This document shows, in pieces, positions 40,097-49,842 of a stretch of DNA of 64,000 bases. A program made the translations under genes and the position numbers. Positions within the stretch are counted from its first letter, which is position 1, and every line of letters starts with the position of its first letter. A model generated the notes under the pieces. It was not told the origin of the DNA and made no database searches. It worked only from the letters and a program-made list of their open reading frames with translations. The stretch covers positions 124,001 through 188,000 of IMG/VR virus record IMGVR_UViG_3300026484_000007, one strand, 5' to 3'.

Positions 40097-40765
40097 TTAT
40101 TTTTTTATAAATTCTTTTATTTTATATATTAATTCTTCGAATGAATTTGAAAAATCTTTTGAATCTTTGCAATTATTGAAAAAATTAATATCAGTTTCAA
40201 TATCAATTAAATCTTTTTCATCTTGATTTCCACTTTCGCATGTTTCGCAATTCGATGCAATATTTATAATTAACATATTTTCTCTAGAAAATTTTTTTTG
40301 TAAAAAATCAACTTCCGCTAAAAATCTTACATCAGTAATTAATGGAATTAACATTTTATCATTTTCTTTAGAAATTTCTAAATCTTTTTCAATATCTTTA
40401 TATAATATTTTTATCCAGAACTCGGTTCCAAAGAAGTCTCTCATTGTATTCGCAGTATGTACTAAAAGACTTCTCATATTATATTTTTTATATCCAATTT
40501 CAAAACTTGCGGCTTTCGGTTCTCTTTTGTATTTCTCAATATGATTTAATGGAATACTATACATTTTCGAAATAAATTTTTTAAGTTTATCCGAAATAGT
40601 ATATCTAAGAATTTTAAAGTTTTCCGTGTTTTTAAATTCTTTAATAATTAAATCGCTTATATAATCTTTACCGCATCCTCTATAACCAGTAACTAAAATA
40701 ATTTTAGGCTGGTTATTTTTTGAGGATTGAAATTTTTCTCTAAATTTCATAAATATTTCAGTCAT
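40097..40765 (-). CDS. deoxynucleoside monophosphate kinase
   Basis: TGYRGCGKD P-loop, ITDVRF. Confidence 0.8.
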   Translation of the reverse strand: MTEIFMKFREKFQSSKNNQPKIILVTGYRGCGKDYISDLIIKEFKNTENFKILRYTISDKLKKFISKMYSIPLNHIEKYKREPKAASFEIGYKKYNMRSLLVHTANTMRDFFGTEFWIKILYKDIEKDLEISKENDKMLIPLITDVRFLAEVDFLQKKFSRENMLIINIASNCETCESGNQDEKDLIDIETDINFFNNCKDSKDFSNSFEELIYKIKEFIKK

Positions 40766-40808
40766 TTAAACTCCTTTGATTTATTTTATTTTATTTTATT
40801 ACGCCTGA

Positions 40809-41720
40809 TTATAATACATAACCCTTTACATTCTCGAATTCATATAATTTATCTTTCGGAAATACTACGTTTGGTGGAAATTCCACATCTTCTAAAAGAT
40901 AAGCTCCACCTCCAGCAATAATTACTTTTTCCGATGTCCCAAGAATTTTCTTTTCTGAAACAAGAATACTATTGAATAATTTTTGAATAAAATTATTTTT
41001 TAATTCAGTGATCATTTCTGGAATTCCTTCGACTTCTCTTCCACCGAAAACATATTTTTTCTTTAATAAAATTTTAATTGCTTCTTGTTCAGTAAATTTA
41101 TCTTTAAATTTTGCTTCTAGCCAATTAGTAAAAGGTCTTATGATACTTACGACTCCGTGAGTAGGAAACGATTTACATTTAGCTCTAATTGGCATATTAT
41201 CTTGGAAAGCTAAAAAGTTGATAGTATTGAATCCAATATCGATCACTGCCGCACTTTCAGGAGTTGTTCCAGTATCATGAATATAACTATAATATACTCC
41301 AGCGCCTTGAGGAATTATATTAATATTATTGATGTTTAACGTAATTCCATTTACAGTGATTGTTTTTAATTTTTCAACGAATCTTTCTTTTTCGCTCCAG
41401 TCGGCTAAAGCTAAACCAGTTCTTAAATCAATATCCTCGATCAATTTTCCATCTTTAATTAAATTTAATTTATTTAAAACATGAAATAAAATCAGTGGAC
41501 CGAATTCTTCTAAAAATTCATATTTAGTTGTTGTAAAACTTTCATCGATTGCTACGTCTCCAACTCTATATTTTTTACCGTTGTATTCGTAAATTTCGTC
41601 TTCGCCATAATTAATTCCAGTATCAATAGCGAAAGAGATCGCTGTGGGTAATTTGAATAATTTTCCATTCGCAGATAATTTTGTACTACTATACCCTATA
41701 TCTAAACCTAATCTATACAT
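40809..41720 (-). CDS. actin-like ATPase, ParM/StbA family
   Basis: GLDIGYSSTK, IPQGAG, VIDIGFNT, IIAGGGA, FENVKGY. Confidence 0.88.
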   Translation of the reverse strand: MYRLGLDIGYSSTKLSANGKLFKLPTAISFAIDTGINYGEDEIYEYNGKKYRVGDVAIDESFTTTKYEFLEEFGPLILFHVLNKLNLIKDGKLIEDIDLRTGLALADWSEKERFVEKLKTITVNGITLNINNINIIPQGAGVYYSYIHDTGTTPESAAVIDIGFNTINFLAFQDNMPIRAKCKSFPTHGVVSIIRPFTNWLEAKFKDKFTEQEAIKILLKKKYVFGGREVEGIPEMITELKNNFIQKLFNSILVSEKKILGTSEKVIIAGGGAYLLEDVEFPPNVVFPKDKLYEFENVKGYVL

Positions 41721-42400
41721 TAATTCTCCTTTTTAATAATTTTAGTTTTTTCTGTTGTCTGAGCATGTTCTTTGTATTGCTGAGCTGCTAGCTTAATTAT
41801 TTCTTTATTTCTCTTTTTTGGATCTTTCTTAATTTTTGCGTATGAATCTAAAAAAGATTCTTTTGCTTTTTTAATAATATTATTGTAATTTTTTTTATGT
41901 CTTTTTAATAATTTATAGAATTCATCTTTTTCGATTAAGTAATCGTTTGATAAATGTAAATTATACATTTTATTAATAAGATCCATAAAAGATTCTTCTA
42001 GTTCTTTTTTAAATAAATCTACGAAACCTTTTTTATGCAAATAATGATAAAAAGGACTATCTTTATCAATAATGATCTTAAAAAGATGCTTCTGAGTTTC
42101 AAAAATATATCTAACGGGAAATTCTTGATATTCTTTGTCTTTATTGAATTTAGCCGCTTCTAATCCTAAATTTACTATTTTACAATAATCATGATATAAT
42201 TTTTCTAAAATAAATTCATCTGATATTTTATAAGGATGCTTATTTTGAGGATCGTATTTTTCATCGATGCTTTTAAAAAAATATAATAAAGTATCTTCGA
42301 CGAATTCTTTAGCAAGGGTTTGGGAATTTCGATGATTATTATCAATGATTACCGCTGAATGTTTAGCGAGATCCTCAGCTTTTTCTTTTAATTTTTTCAT
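41720..42400 (-). CDS. hypothetical protein
   Basis: 226-aa ORF with SD. Confidence 0.7.
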   Translation of the reverse strand: MKKLKEKAEDLAKHSAVIIDNNHRNSQTLAKEFVEDTLLYFFKSIDEKYDPQNKHPYKISDEFILEKLYHDYCKIVNLGLEAAKFNKDKEYQEFPVRYIFETQKHLFKIIIDKDSPFYHYLHKKGFVDLFKKELEESFMDLINKMYNLHLSNDYLIEKDEFYKLLKRHKKNYNNIIKKAKESFLDSYAKIKKDPKKRNKEIIKLAAQQYKEHAQTTEKTKIIKKEN

Positions 42401-42445
42401 TTTTTCTCCTTTTTAATTTTTTTAAGCAAATAAAAAACGGGAAGC

Positions 42446-42829
42446 TTAAGTTAGATAAACTAACTCGCTTTCCCAAAATTCGGCGCTAAGCGTCGATTGC
42501 TGAAGCTCTTTTTTTAGAGCCTCAGCCAATCTCATGACCGCGGGTTTGTATAATTCGCGGTTGCAAAATTGAGGGTTGCATGTACCCTCAATTTTGATCA
42601 CACTCTCACCACCGACTGGGCATCCCCAGTCGGTATTATAAACTACGGCCGCGGGCGAAACCGCAGCAGAAATGTATTCGCCGAATTCTTCGAATTCGGC
42701 TTTAGCCAATTGCTGCCAAAGGGCAGCAATTTTATTTGCTAACTCAGGAGCCGCAACTCCTGAGATATTGTGGAAGTAGCCTTCCGCTACCCCCACAACC
42801 ATTCTAAAAGATATTGTTGTCTTCTTCAT
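42446..42829 (-). CDS. putative SAM / SAM-AMP lyase-like protein
   Basis: Y64, E75 and Q111 spacing plus LAEALKKELQQSTL resemble phage SAM lyases (from recall). Confidence 0.5.
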   Translation of the reverse strand: MKKTTISFRMVVGVAEGYFHNISGVAAPELANKIAALWQQLAKAEFEEFGEYISAAVSPAAVVYNTDWGCPVGGESVIKIEGTCNPQFCNRELYKPAVMRLAEALKKELQQSTLSAEFWESELVYLT

Positions 42830-42955
42830 TCTTTCTCCTTTTGATTTTTTTTGCTATTTATATATCAATGTTAAAAAAGGAGTTTTTGAAAATTATTTAA
42901 TAATTATTTAATAATTATTAAATAAAAAATAAAAATAAAAAAACAGAGAGTGGGC

Positions 42956-43114
42956 TTAATACAGTCCACTCTCAACCCCTTCTCTCCAATGAGAGAAAAG
43001 AGTATTGCGCGCCTTAACCGGCGCATTTGGGTGAGTTGTTCTCACCCATTTTGTAAATTTTCTGTATTCGGCGCGAGTGATACTCACACCATTAATTATT
43101 TTCTTTCTCATCAT
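42956..43114 (-). CDS. small early-type protein (52 aa)
   Basis: Manual translation MMRKKIINGVSITRAEYRKFTKWVRTTHPNAPVKARNTLFSHWREGVESGLY; promoter, SD and terminator present. Confidence 0.7.
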   Translation of the reverse strand: MMRKKIINGVSITRAEYRKFTKWVRTTHPNAPVKARNTLFSHWREGVESGLY

Positions 43115-43198
43115 TTCTCCTTTTTATTTTTTTTGCTATTTATATATCAATGATAAAAAAAGAGTTTTTAAAATTAAAAAATAACACCGCGGAGAAGA

Positions 43199-43396
43199 CT
43201 ACTTTTGTAATCTTTCCGCGATGTTATTTAGTAACATCGATTCTGTTATTTTTGATTCGGCCTCGAGAATGAGGTCGTACGCCTCACTCCCGAATTCGAA
43301 TTTTTCTTCTAATTTTTCAAGAAGGTTATACACCTCCTCGAGTTTTTTTTTAGATTCCTTTTCAAGGAATCTAATTTCTTTTTTTGCTAAATTCAT
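43199..43396 (-). CDS. small early-type protein
   Basis: Cassette promoter and SD. Confidence 0.7.
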   Translation of the reverse strand: MNLAKKEIRFLEKESKKKLEEVYNLLEKLEEKFEFGSEAYDLILEAESKITESMLLNNIAERLQK

Positions 43397-43458
43397 TCTT
43401 TCTCCTTTGATTTTTTTTGCTATTTATATATCAATGATAAAAAAGGAGTTTTTTAAAT

Positions 43459-45015
43459 TTATTTTAACACGAAAACATTGTTCTTTGTTCGTGTAATTCC
43501 TACATAAAGTAATCTTAAAAATAAATTATAATCGGTTTCATAAAGATTAATGAAGTCTCTTAAATCTATAAAAACTTCATCCAAAGTTTGTCCTTGAAGT
43601 TTATGGATTGTGCTCGCGTAAGCATAAGTAACATCAGCACATAAATCATTGAAATTGTATGCAAATTTCCAAAAGTTCTTTTTAGAATTTTTAGAGATCT
43701 TTCTTTGATTATTCATTGTTTTCGCAATATCAAAAACTGCTTCTTTATATAATGGAAAAAGATCTTCTTTAGATCCATCTCCCAAAGGAACTAAAAATTT
43801 ACTTTTATTTTCTGCTGTTAATAAAAAAGCATTGAATTTTATAGGTTTAAGTAAATACGAAGCTTTATTATCTTCAAATAAAAATGGATAGAGATCTTTT
43901 AAAGATGCTAAATAGTCTGGTAAGATTTTTCTAAGTCTATCGATGACTTCTTGAAATTCTTTAATCTTATTCAAAGTAAAAGTTACCAATTCTGGTTCTT
44001 TGATAACTTTAGTCTCTTCTCCATTTGTGAAAATATTGCAAGTGCTTAGTAAATTTCTATCAGTTAATTCATTAGAATTATTAGAAAAAACTATATAATT
44101 ATACGGAGCATTAAATATTAATTTATCTCCTTTTGAATATAATTCATCAGGATTTTTTACTTCTGGATCAAATCTTCTAAAATGGATATTATAATAATTT
44201 ACAAAATTATTTGTAAAAGATCCAATTTTGATTCTTTTTTCATTTGAGAATGATTCTGTTGAATCCGTTAAATCAACAGAATCCATCGGTAAAATTGTCT
44301 CTCCGAATCTATGCTCTAAAAACTTATTAAAAAAATCATTAAATTCAAATTCTCCATATACATGAAAATGATCTATTAAAGATACAATCTCTGAAAGCGG
44401 AGCTTTTTTCTTATTTTCTTCGTATTCTTTAATTAAAAATCTTACTTTTTCAAAGATCTCAAAAAGATCGTTTTTTGTTCTAAGTATCTTTTTTAGAACT
44501 ATTCTATCATAAGGTTCGTCAAAAATTGGAGATCTTGTTTCTTTTACTGGAGGTAATTGATATGGATCTCCAATAAATAAAATATCAAAATTTTTTAAAT
44601 ACTTATTAATGATCCAAAAAAGATCCTTATCGATCATTGAAATTTCGTCGATAATAAAAAAGTCTGCAGAGATCATCATATCTCTTAATTTCGGGACAAA
44701 AATTCTTTCACCGAATTCATTAATATCTGGACGAATTTCAAAATAAGAATGAATTGTCGTAATATTTACTCCTTTTATATTTTGCTCAGATAGCATATTA
44801 TGAATTACTATTGAACTTTGATGAGTAGGAGTTAATATTTGAACGGATCTTTTTTGCTCTTTTAACATTTTTAATAATTCAACGAGAGTCGTCGTTTTTC
44901 CTGTTCCTGCTGATCCAGTAAGGATCAGTTTTCTACCATAACCAAGTTTTTTTGGATCTTCTTTAAAATACTCTAAGACTTTTTGCTGTTCTTCATTTAA
45001 TTTTATTTCTCCCAT
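43459..45015 (-). CDS. Dda/RecD-like SF1B helicase
   Basis: GSAGTGKTT, IIDEISM, GDPYQLPPV, TIHKLQGQT, YVGITR. Confidence 0.9.
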   Translation of the reverse strand: MGEIKLNEEQQKVLEYFKEDPKKLGYGRKLILTGSAGTGKTTTLVELLKMLKEQKRSVQILTPTHQSSIVIHNMLSEQNIKGVNITTIHSYFEIRPDINEFGERIFVPKLRDMMISADFFIIDEISMIDKDLFWIINKYLKNFDILFIGDPYQLPPVKETRSPIFDEPYDRIVLKKILRTKNDLFEIFEKVRFLIKEYEENKKKAPLSEIVSLIDHFHVYGEFEFNDFFNKFLEHRFGETILPMDSVDLTDSTESFSNEKRIKIGSFTNNFVNYYNIHFRRFDPEVKNPDELYSKGDKLIFNAPYNYIVFSNNSNELTDRNLLSTCNIFTNGEETKVIKEPELVTFTLNKIKEFQEVIDRLRKILPDYLASLKDLYPFLFEDNKASYLLKPIKFNAFLLTAENKSKFLVPLGDGSKEDLFPLYKEAVFDIAKTMNNQRKISKNSKKNFWKFAYNFNDLCADVTYAYASTIHKLQGQTLDEVFIDLRDFINLYETDYNLFLRLLYVGITRTKNNVFVLK

Positions 45016-45026
45016 ATTTGCTCTCC

Positions 45027-46778
45027 TTACATAAAATTAATTTTAGCATTCGGATATGTTCCTAATACGTTATTTCTGATAATAGTAGTTACTGATTTAT
45101 TCAAAGTTTCAAACATTTCCGTAACTGGAAATAATGCAATAGGAGTTGGTTTTCCTTCATGTAATCTTGTAATTCTCCCAAGAGATTGAACGATAGTAAT
45201 TCTTCCAATTATCGGTGATCCAAAAATGATACCACTTAAAGAACTTTTATCGAATCCTTCTCTAAGAAGATTAAAGTTGCTTATTAATATCTTTGATTCT
45301 TTAATTCTTTGGTAATAAAGATCTAAAGCTTTTTGGATATTAATCTCTTGAAGTTCTAGCGATTTTACACGTTCTTCTTTGTATAATAAATCAGCTTCTT
45401 TTCTCTTTAATTCTTTATTTTTTACTTTAAGATTTAATTCTTCTTTGAATTCTTTCAGTTTATTTTTTAAAATTTTATTTTCATCTTTAGCAATCTGAAT
45501 TGAATCTTGTTTAGAATCTCCTTTTAAAACTAAAGTTTCGTCTTGAAATTCTGGGTATAATCCTAATAATATATCAGCCAATTTTTTAGCTAATTTATTA
45601 GTGCTAAAAAGTATTACTACTTCCCTATTAGTATCTCTAAACCATTTAACCCACTGAGTAAGAAATTGCAAATAACTATCTTTATTATATAAATACATAT
45701 TATATAATGAAAGCATCATAGGATAATCATTCATACGTTGTTTTAAAGCAAAAGCTTCTTTTTCATTAAAATGAATAAAATCATTATTTAATCTTTGAAT
45801 GTAAATTTCAGGCGTTAGAACCTCCGCATCCGCTTCGATTAAAACATCACCAATACTAGTATTTAATAAAAATTTATTAAGATCTTTACGGAATGGAGTA
45901 GCGCTTAATCCCATAACGTTACATGTTTTAAATAAAGATAAAGTTTTACTATAACCATATGCACCAAAACCGTGGCATTCATCAGCTAAAACAAAGTCAA
46001 CTTCAGAATATAATTCTTGTAAAAGATTAATTTTAATTCTTTTAATTTGGCTTAATAAAGATTGTGGTTTAGTAATAATTACTTTAGCTTTCATTGCTTC
46101 TTCGATATCTTTTATTTCGGATCCTTGAAGGATACATATATCTTCTTCTTTTAAATCAGTAAACGTTAAAAATGCTTGTTTCCATTGATCTTCTAAGATT
46201 ACTTTTGGAACGATTACTAAAGTTTTTTTAAAGATCTGTCCGAGAAAAATTCCCATAAACGTTTTGCCAACTCCTGGAGCTGCTTGGAGAATTCCTCTGA
46301 TCTTTTTTTGATCATTAATGATCTTTAAAAGATGCTTTATTATAGGAACTTGATTTTCTCTTGGATCATTATTTACTATATAATTCTTATAATTCTTATT
46401 AGAAATATTTTTTATCATTGATATATCCAGTTCATTTCCACCGGCTTCCCCAAGATCAACTTCGTATCTTTTTTCGATCTCTTGTATATTTCTTATGAAA
46501 TCTACGAATTCGTATTTGTTCCCTTGATTATCCATCGCAATGAATTCTTCTAATTTTAACATATTTTCTTCCCAAAAGAATCTTGGAAGAAGAACCCACC
46601 CGATAGTTATGTCTTCTATTTCTAATCTTTTTGGATCGATGTATACTTGATTTTCATCGAAATACATTACTCCTTCGTCAAGATCTTCGATTTTAAATTT
46701 CCATCCTTGATTTAATTTATATTTTGGATTTTTTAATTCTTGATAAATTTCATATTTTATAAAAACTCCGTTTTCCAT
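45027..46778 (-). CDS. SF2 helicase (UvsW-like)
   Basis: APGVGKT, DECH, LSATP, EGFD, QSLGRITR. Confidence 0.88.
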   Translation of the reverse strand: MENGVFIKYEIYQELKNPKYKLNQGWKFKIEDLDEGVMYFDENQVYIDPKRLEIEDITIGWVLLPRFFWEENMLKLEEFIAMDNQGNKYEFVDFIRNIQEIEKRYEVDLGEAGGNELDISMIKNISNKNYKNYIVNNDPRENQVPIIKHLLKIINDQKKIRGILQAAPGVGKTFMGIFLGQIFKKTLVIVPKVILEDQWKQAFLTFTDLKEEDICILQGSEIKDIEEAMKAKVIITKPQSLLSQIKRIKINLLQELYSEVDFVLADECHGFGAYGYSKTLSLFKTCNVMGLSATPFRKDLNKFLLNTSIGDVLIEADAEVLTPEIYIQRLNNDFIHFNEKEAFALKQRMNDYPMMLSLYNMYLYNKDSYLQFLTQWVKWFRDTNREVVILFSTNKLAKKLADILLGLYPEFQDETLVLKGDSKQDSIQIAKDENKILKNKLKEFKEELNLKVKNKELKRKEADLLYKEERVKSLELQEINIQKALDLYYQRIKESKILISNFNLLREGFDKSSLSGIIFGSPIIGRITIVQSLGRITRLHEGKPTPIALFPVTEMFETLNKSVTTIIRNNVLGTYPNAKINFM

Positions 46779-46905
46779 TTCTTTATCCTTTTTTTAATTT
46801 TTTTAAGCAAATAAAATAATTTTGCGAATTCGACGATTTTCCGAACTCGCAATCAAAACACTAATTATATCTTTAAAATCTAAAGAAAAAGAAGACCTGC
46901 GAGAG

Positions 46906-47193
46906 TTATAATTTAACTCTCACCGGGTCTTCAAACCACTCCATTGTTGCGTTAGATGGAAGAATGATCTTCCATCTTTTTCTGGCAGTCGCCACTACCT
47001 CTTTTGGGTTGGTAGTGGCAAACACTGCCATGTCGCCGCTACGACCTGCAAGGCCGTAGACAGCGACTTTTATGTATTTGTCGCTGTCGTATGGTTTTAC
47101 CCATACGACAGCGACTTTAATTCCCTGAATATTTTGACTTGGCGCCTTTTGCGCCAAGTCGATTAATTCAAAAATATTTAAATTCAATTTCAT
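46906..47193 (-). CDS. small early-type protein
   Basis: Cassette promoter, SD, GC-richer. Confidence 0.7.
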   Translation of the reverse strand: MKLNLNIFELIDLAQKAPSQNIQGIKVAVVWVKPYDSDKYIKVAVYGLAGRSGDMAVFATTNPKEVVATARKRWKIILPSNATMEWFEDPVRVKL

Positions 47194-47272
47194 TCTTCCT
47201 CCTTAATTTTTTTTGCTATTAGATTATCAATGATTTAATTAATCATTATAAAATAAAAAGAAAAAGAAGAGG

Positions 47273-47539
47273 TTAGAGGTATTCGATCTTAACGATCTCC
47301 TCCTCTAAAAACACTCTTCTTTTTCTCTCTCCTCTCGGAGAGATTAAGTAGGCTTCTTTCAGCCCACCTTTCCCCGAAAGGAGATATCCCGTGCTTTTGC
47401 TGAATGCCCATTCAGCAAAAGCATTATAAATCCCGTATCCTCCCGCACTATAGTACGGGAACGGGATCACTTCCGAATTCCTTTTTTCCCAAATCAGTTC
47501 GAGCTTCCACTCGAACTGATATTTGAAATCTCTTTTCAT
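47273..47539 (-). CDS. small early-type protein
   Basis: Cassette promoter and SD. Confidence 0.7.
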   Translation of the reverse strand: MKRDFKYQFEWKLELIWEKRNSEVIPFPYYSAGGYGIYNAFAEWAFSKSTGYLLSGKGGLKEAYLISPRGERKRRVFLEEEIVKIEYL

Positions 47540-47645
47540 TCTTCCTCCTTAATTTTTTTTTGCTTAATTGATATCAATGAGGTTGTGGAAGAGTTCTAAA
47601 AATTTTAATGAAATAAAAAAAATTTTGATAAAAAGAAAGCTTGAG

Positions 47646-47930
47646 TCAAATGGCTCTTTCGAGCCATTTGACTGCCTTCTTCAAGGCTTTCACCTTGAAG
47701 TGAAGGTCGTCGACCTTCACTTTGAGCTCAAACTCTTCTGAGCTCAAAATATCCATATGCATGAGGAAGTCAACTTCCCCATGCATTTTAATATACTCGG
47801 CTTCAGCCGCTTCAAGAGCGGCTTCAGCAGCCTCAGTTTCCCTAAGAGCGGCTTTCGCCGCTCTTAGATTTTTTTTCTCTTCTTTAAGAGCGGCTTTCGC
47901 CGCTCTTAATAATTTTTCAATTTTTTCCAT
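47646..47930 (-). CDS. small helical early-type protein with an LRAAKAAL duplication
   Basis: Cassette promoter and SD. Confidence 0.7.
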   Translation of the reverse strand: MEKIEKLLRAAKAALKEEKKNLRAAKAALRETEAAEAALEAAEAEYIKMHGEVDFLMHMDILSSEEFELKVKVDDLHFKVKALKKAVKWLERAI

Positions 47931-48052
47931 TCTTCCTCCTTGAAATTTTTTTTTGCTATTAGATTATCAATGATACATAGATGTAATTCTAAAAAAAATT
48001 TTAAAAAAATTAAGAAAATTTAATAAATAAAAAATTAAGAAAAAAGCAACGG

Positions 48053-48247
48053 TTATTCCGGAGCGGGTAGCTCAACTACCTCAACTCCGTAACTAGGGTT
48101 GCTTTCTTCTTGGAGGGCGCGGACATATGCCTCCGCGTCCTCCTTTTCCCAGAATACTTTGGATACGGAACTGATTCCGTATCCAAAGTAACCATCTACG
48201 AAGTAGTACGCTACTCCGTAGATTTTTTTATTTTCTAAATTTTCCAT
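48053..48247 (-). CDS. small early-type protein
   Basis: Cassette promoter and SD. Confidence 0.7.
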   Translation of the reverse strand: MENLENKKIYGVAYYFVDGYFGYGISSVSKVFWEKEDAEAYVRALQEESNPSYGVEVVELPAPE

Positions 48248-48357
48248 ATCTCCTCCTTAATTTTTTTTGCTATTAGATTATCAATGATACATAGATGTAA
48301 TTCTAAAAAAAATTTTAAAAAAATTAAGAAATAAAAAGAGATTGGATGATCTGGAGT

Positions 48358-48561
48358 TTAAAACTCCAAGTCATCCAAATCATCTAATTCTAGCAGCTTC
48401 TCTAAAGCTGCTGCTTTTTCAGCAGCAGCTTTTGCTACTTTAGCCTCATACGAGGCCAAAATTGCGGCTTCTTTAGCCGCTTTTTTTGCTGCTGCAGCTT
48501 TTGCTGCAGCTGTTTCTGAGGCTCTTTGAGCCTCAGAAACTCTTTCAATTAGAAATTTCAT
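48358..48561 (-). CDS. Ala/Lys-rich microprotein with acidic tail
   Basis: SD-preceded ATG at 48561. Confidence 0.7.
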   Translation of the reverse strand: MKFLIERVSEAQRASETAAAKAAAAKKAAKEAAILASYEAKVAKAAAEKAAALEKLLELDDLDDLEF

Positions 48562-48681
48562 TCTTTCCTCCTTAAATTTTTTTTGCTTAATTGATATCAA
48601 TGATATAAAACGAAGTTTTAAAATAATTTACATGTACTTAAATATACTTAAATACTTAAAATTGCTCACAAAGGATATAAT

Positions 48682-49317
48682 ATGTTTTTTATAAATGAAA
48701 TGACGGAGAAAAAAATAAATAATATCGCTAATATTATTATCGAATTAAATACTCTTTTAGAAGAAGCGGCAGGGAAATACTCAATGCCTTTAACTGGAGT
48801 TCCAAAAGCAGGAAAAAGTTTAATATCAGGTGGTTTAGATCATGTTTATAAAAAAAGCAAAGATAAATATTTTATAGAGAAATTATCGCCGGATATGGAA
48901 GGAAAATGGACTTTTGATACCGGAAAGTTAGAATTAGCTAGAGAAATGAAAAATAAATTAAAAGACAAAAATGAGTTTTTTGATGATAGATTCGTAAAAA
49001 TAAAAAATACTCATATTCCTAATTTAATTAAAAATTTTGATAAAACTGTGTTTGATTTGGGAGGTATTCCTTCGAAAGAAAACGAGAGTTTTATCGATAA
49101 TATACAAAAAAGTTCAATTTTAAATGATAAAAAATTCGTACCAGTCGTTCTTTCTCCTGATAGACAGAAATCGTACGAATGGCAAAAGTTTTTCAATGAA
49201 AAATTCGAAACCGATCCTATAATTTATACTCCAAATTGGAATTTTAAAAAAGATATAAAACAACAATCGATATATCATGCTAATGAACTTCTTAACCGAA
49301 TCCAAAAAAGATTATAA
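48682..49317 (+). CDS. P-loop ATPase of the Csx3-associated (AAA-type) family
   Basis: GVPKAGKS Walker A, SPDMEGKW (cf. CPDGEGxW, from recall), VFDLGG Walker B; convergent with csx3. Confidence 0.7.
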   Translation: MFFINEMTEKKINNIANIIIELNTLLEEAAGKYSMPLTGVPKAGKSLISGGLDHVYKKSKDKYFIEKLSPDMEGKWTFDTGKLELAREMKNKLKDKNEFFDDRFVKIKNTHIPNLIKNFDKTVFDLGGIPSKENESFIDNIQKSSILNDKKFVPVVLSPDRQKSYEWQKFFNEKFETDPIIYTPNWNFKKDIKQQSIYHANELLNRIQKRL

Positions 49318-49338
49318 ATAAAAAAACATAATCCCTGC

Positions 49339-49635
49339 TTACACAGGGATTATATCTCCGACTTTTACGTCGGGTGTGTGGCTTTCAGCCACAATTCCCC
49401 CGCTTAGGCGAGGGTCGTAGCACGCCACGAATGGCGTGCAATGGTACTCATGTACCATCGCGGCAAAGAGCCATATCGGCCCTCTACCGCTTAAAATTAT
49501 ACCTACCCCAGGTTCAACCTGAGGCAATCTTTTAATTGCCTCAGGTAACTCCGCAGGGGTAATAACCCCACTTGTGAGCTCAAAGCTCACAAGTGCAATT
49601 TTATCGCTTACTTCTTTTACATCATATTTTATCAT
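49339..49635 (-). CDS. csx3: CRISPR ring nuclease Csx3/Crn3
   Basis: GVITPAEL, GIILSGRGPIWLFA..H.YH, YDPRL.GGIV..SH. Confidence 0.9.
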   Translation of the reverse strand: MIKYDVKEVSDKIALVSFELTSGVITPAELPEAIKRLPQVEPGVGIILSGRGPIWLFAAMVHEYHCTPFVACYDPRLSGGIVAESHTPDVKVGDIIPV

Positions 49636-49701
49636 CGTCTTTCTCCTTTTGATTTTTTTGCTATTAGATTATCAATGATATACAAATCAGTTCTAAAAAA
49701 A

Positions 49702-49842
49702 TCACCAGAAGTTTTTATTCTTGTACTTCTGGCGATTGTATTTCTTAGAGTTCTTTTGAACTCTAGTATGGGGCTTTAATCCGCCCCATGTCTGACGAGT
49801 TTTGATCTCGTCTTTTTTGATTTTAATTGAAAATTTTTTCAT
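49702..49842 (-). CDS. small basic peptide (46 aa)
   Basis: Manual translation MKKFSIKIKKDEIKTRQTWGGLKPHTRVQKNSKKYNRQKYKNKNFW; promoter and SD present. Confidence 0.7.
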   Translation of the reverse strand: MKKFSIKIKKDEIKTRQTWGGLKPHTRVQKNSKKYNRQKYKNKNFW

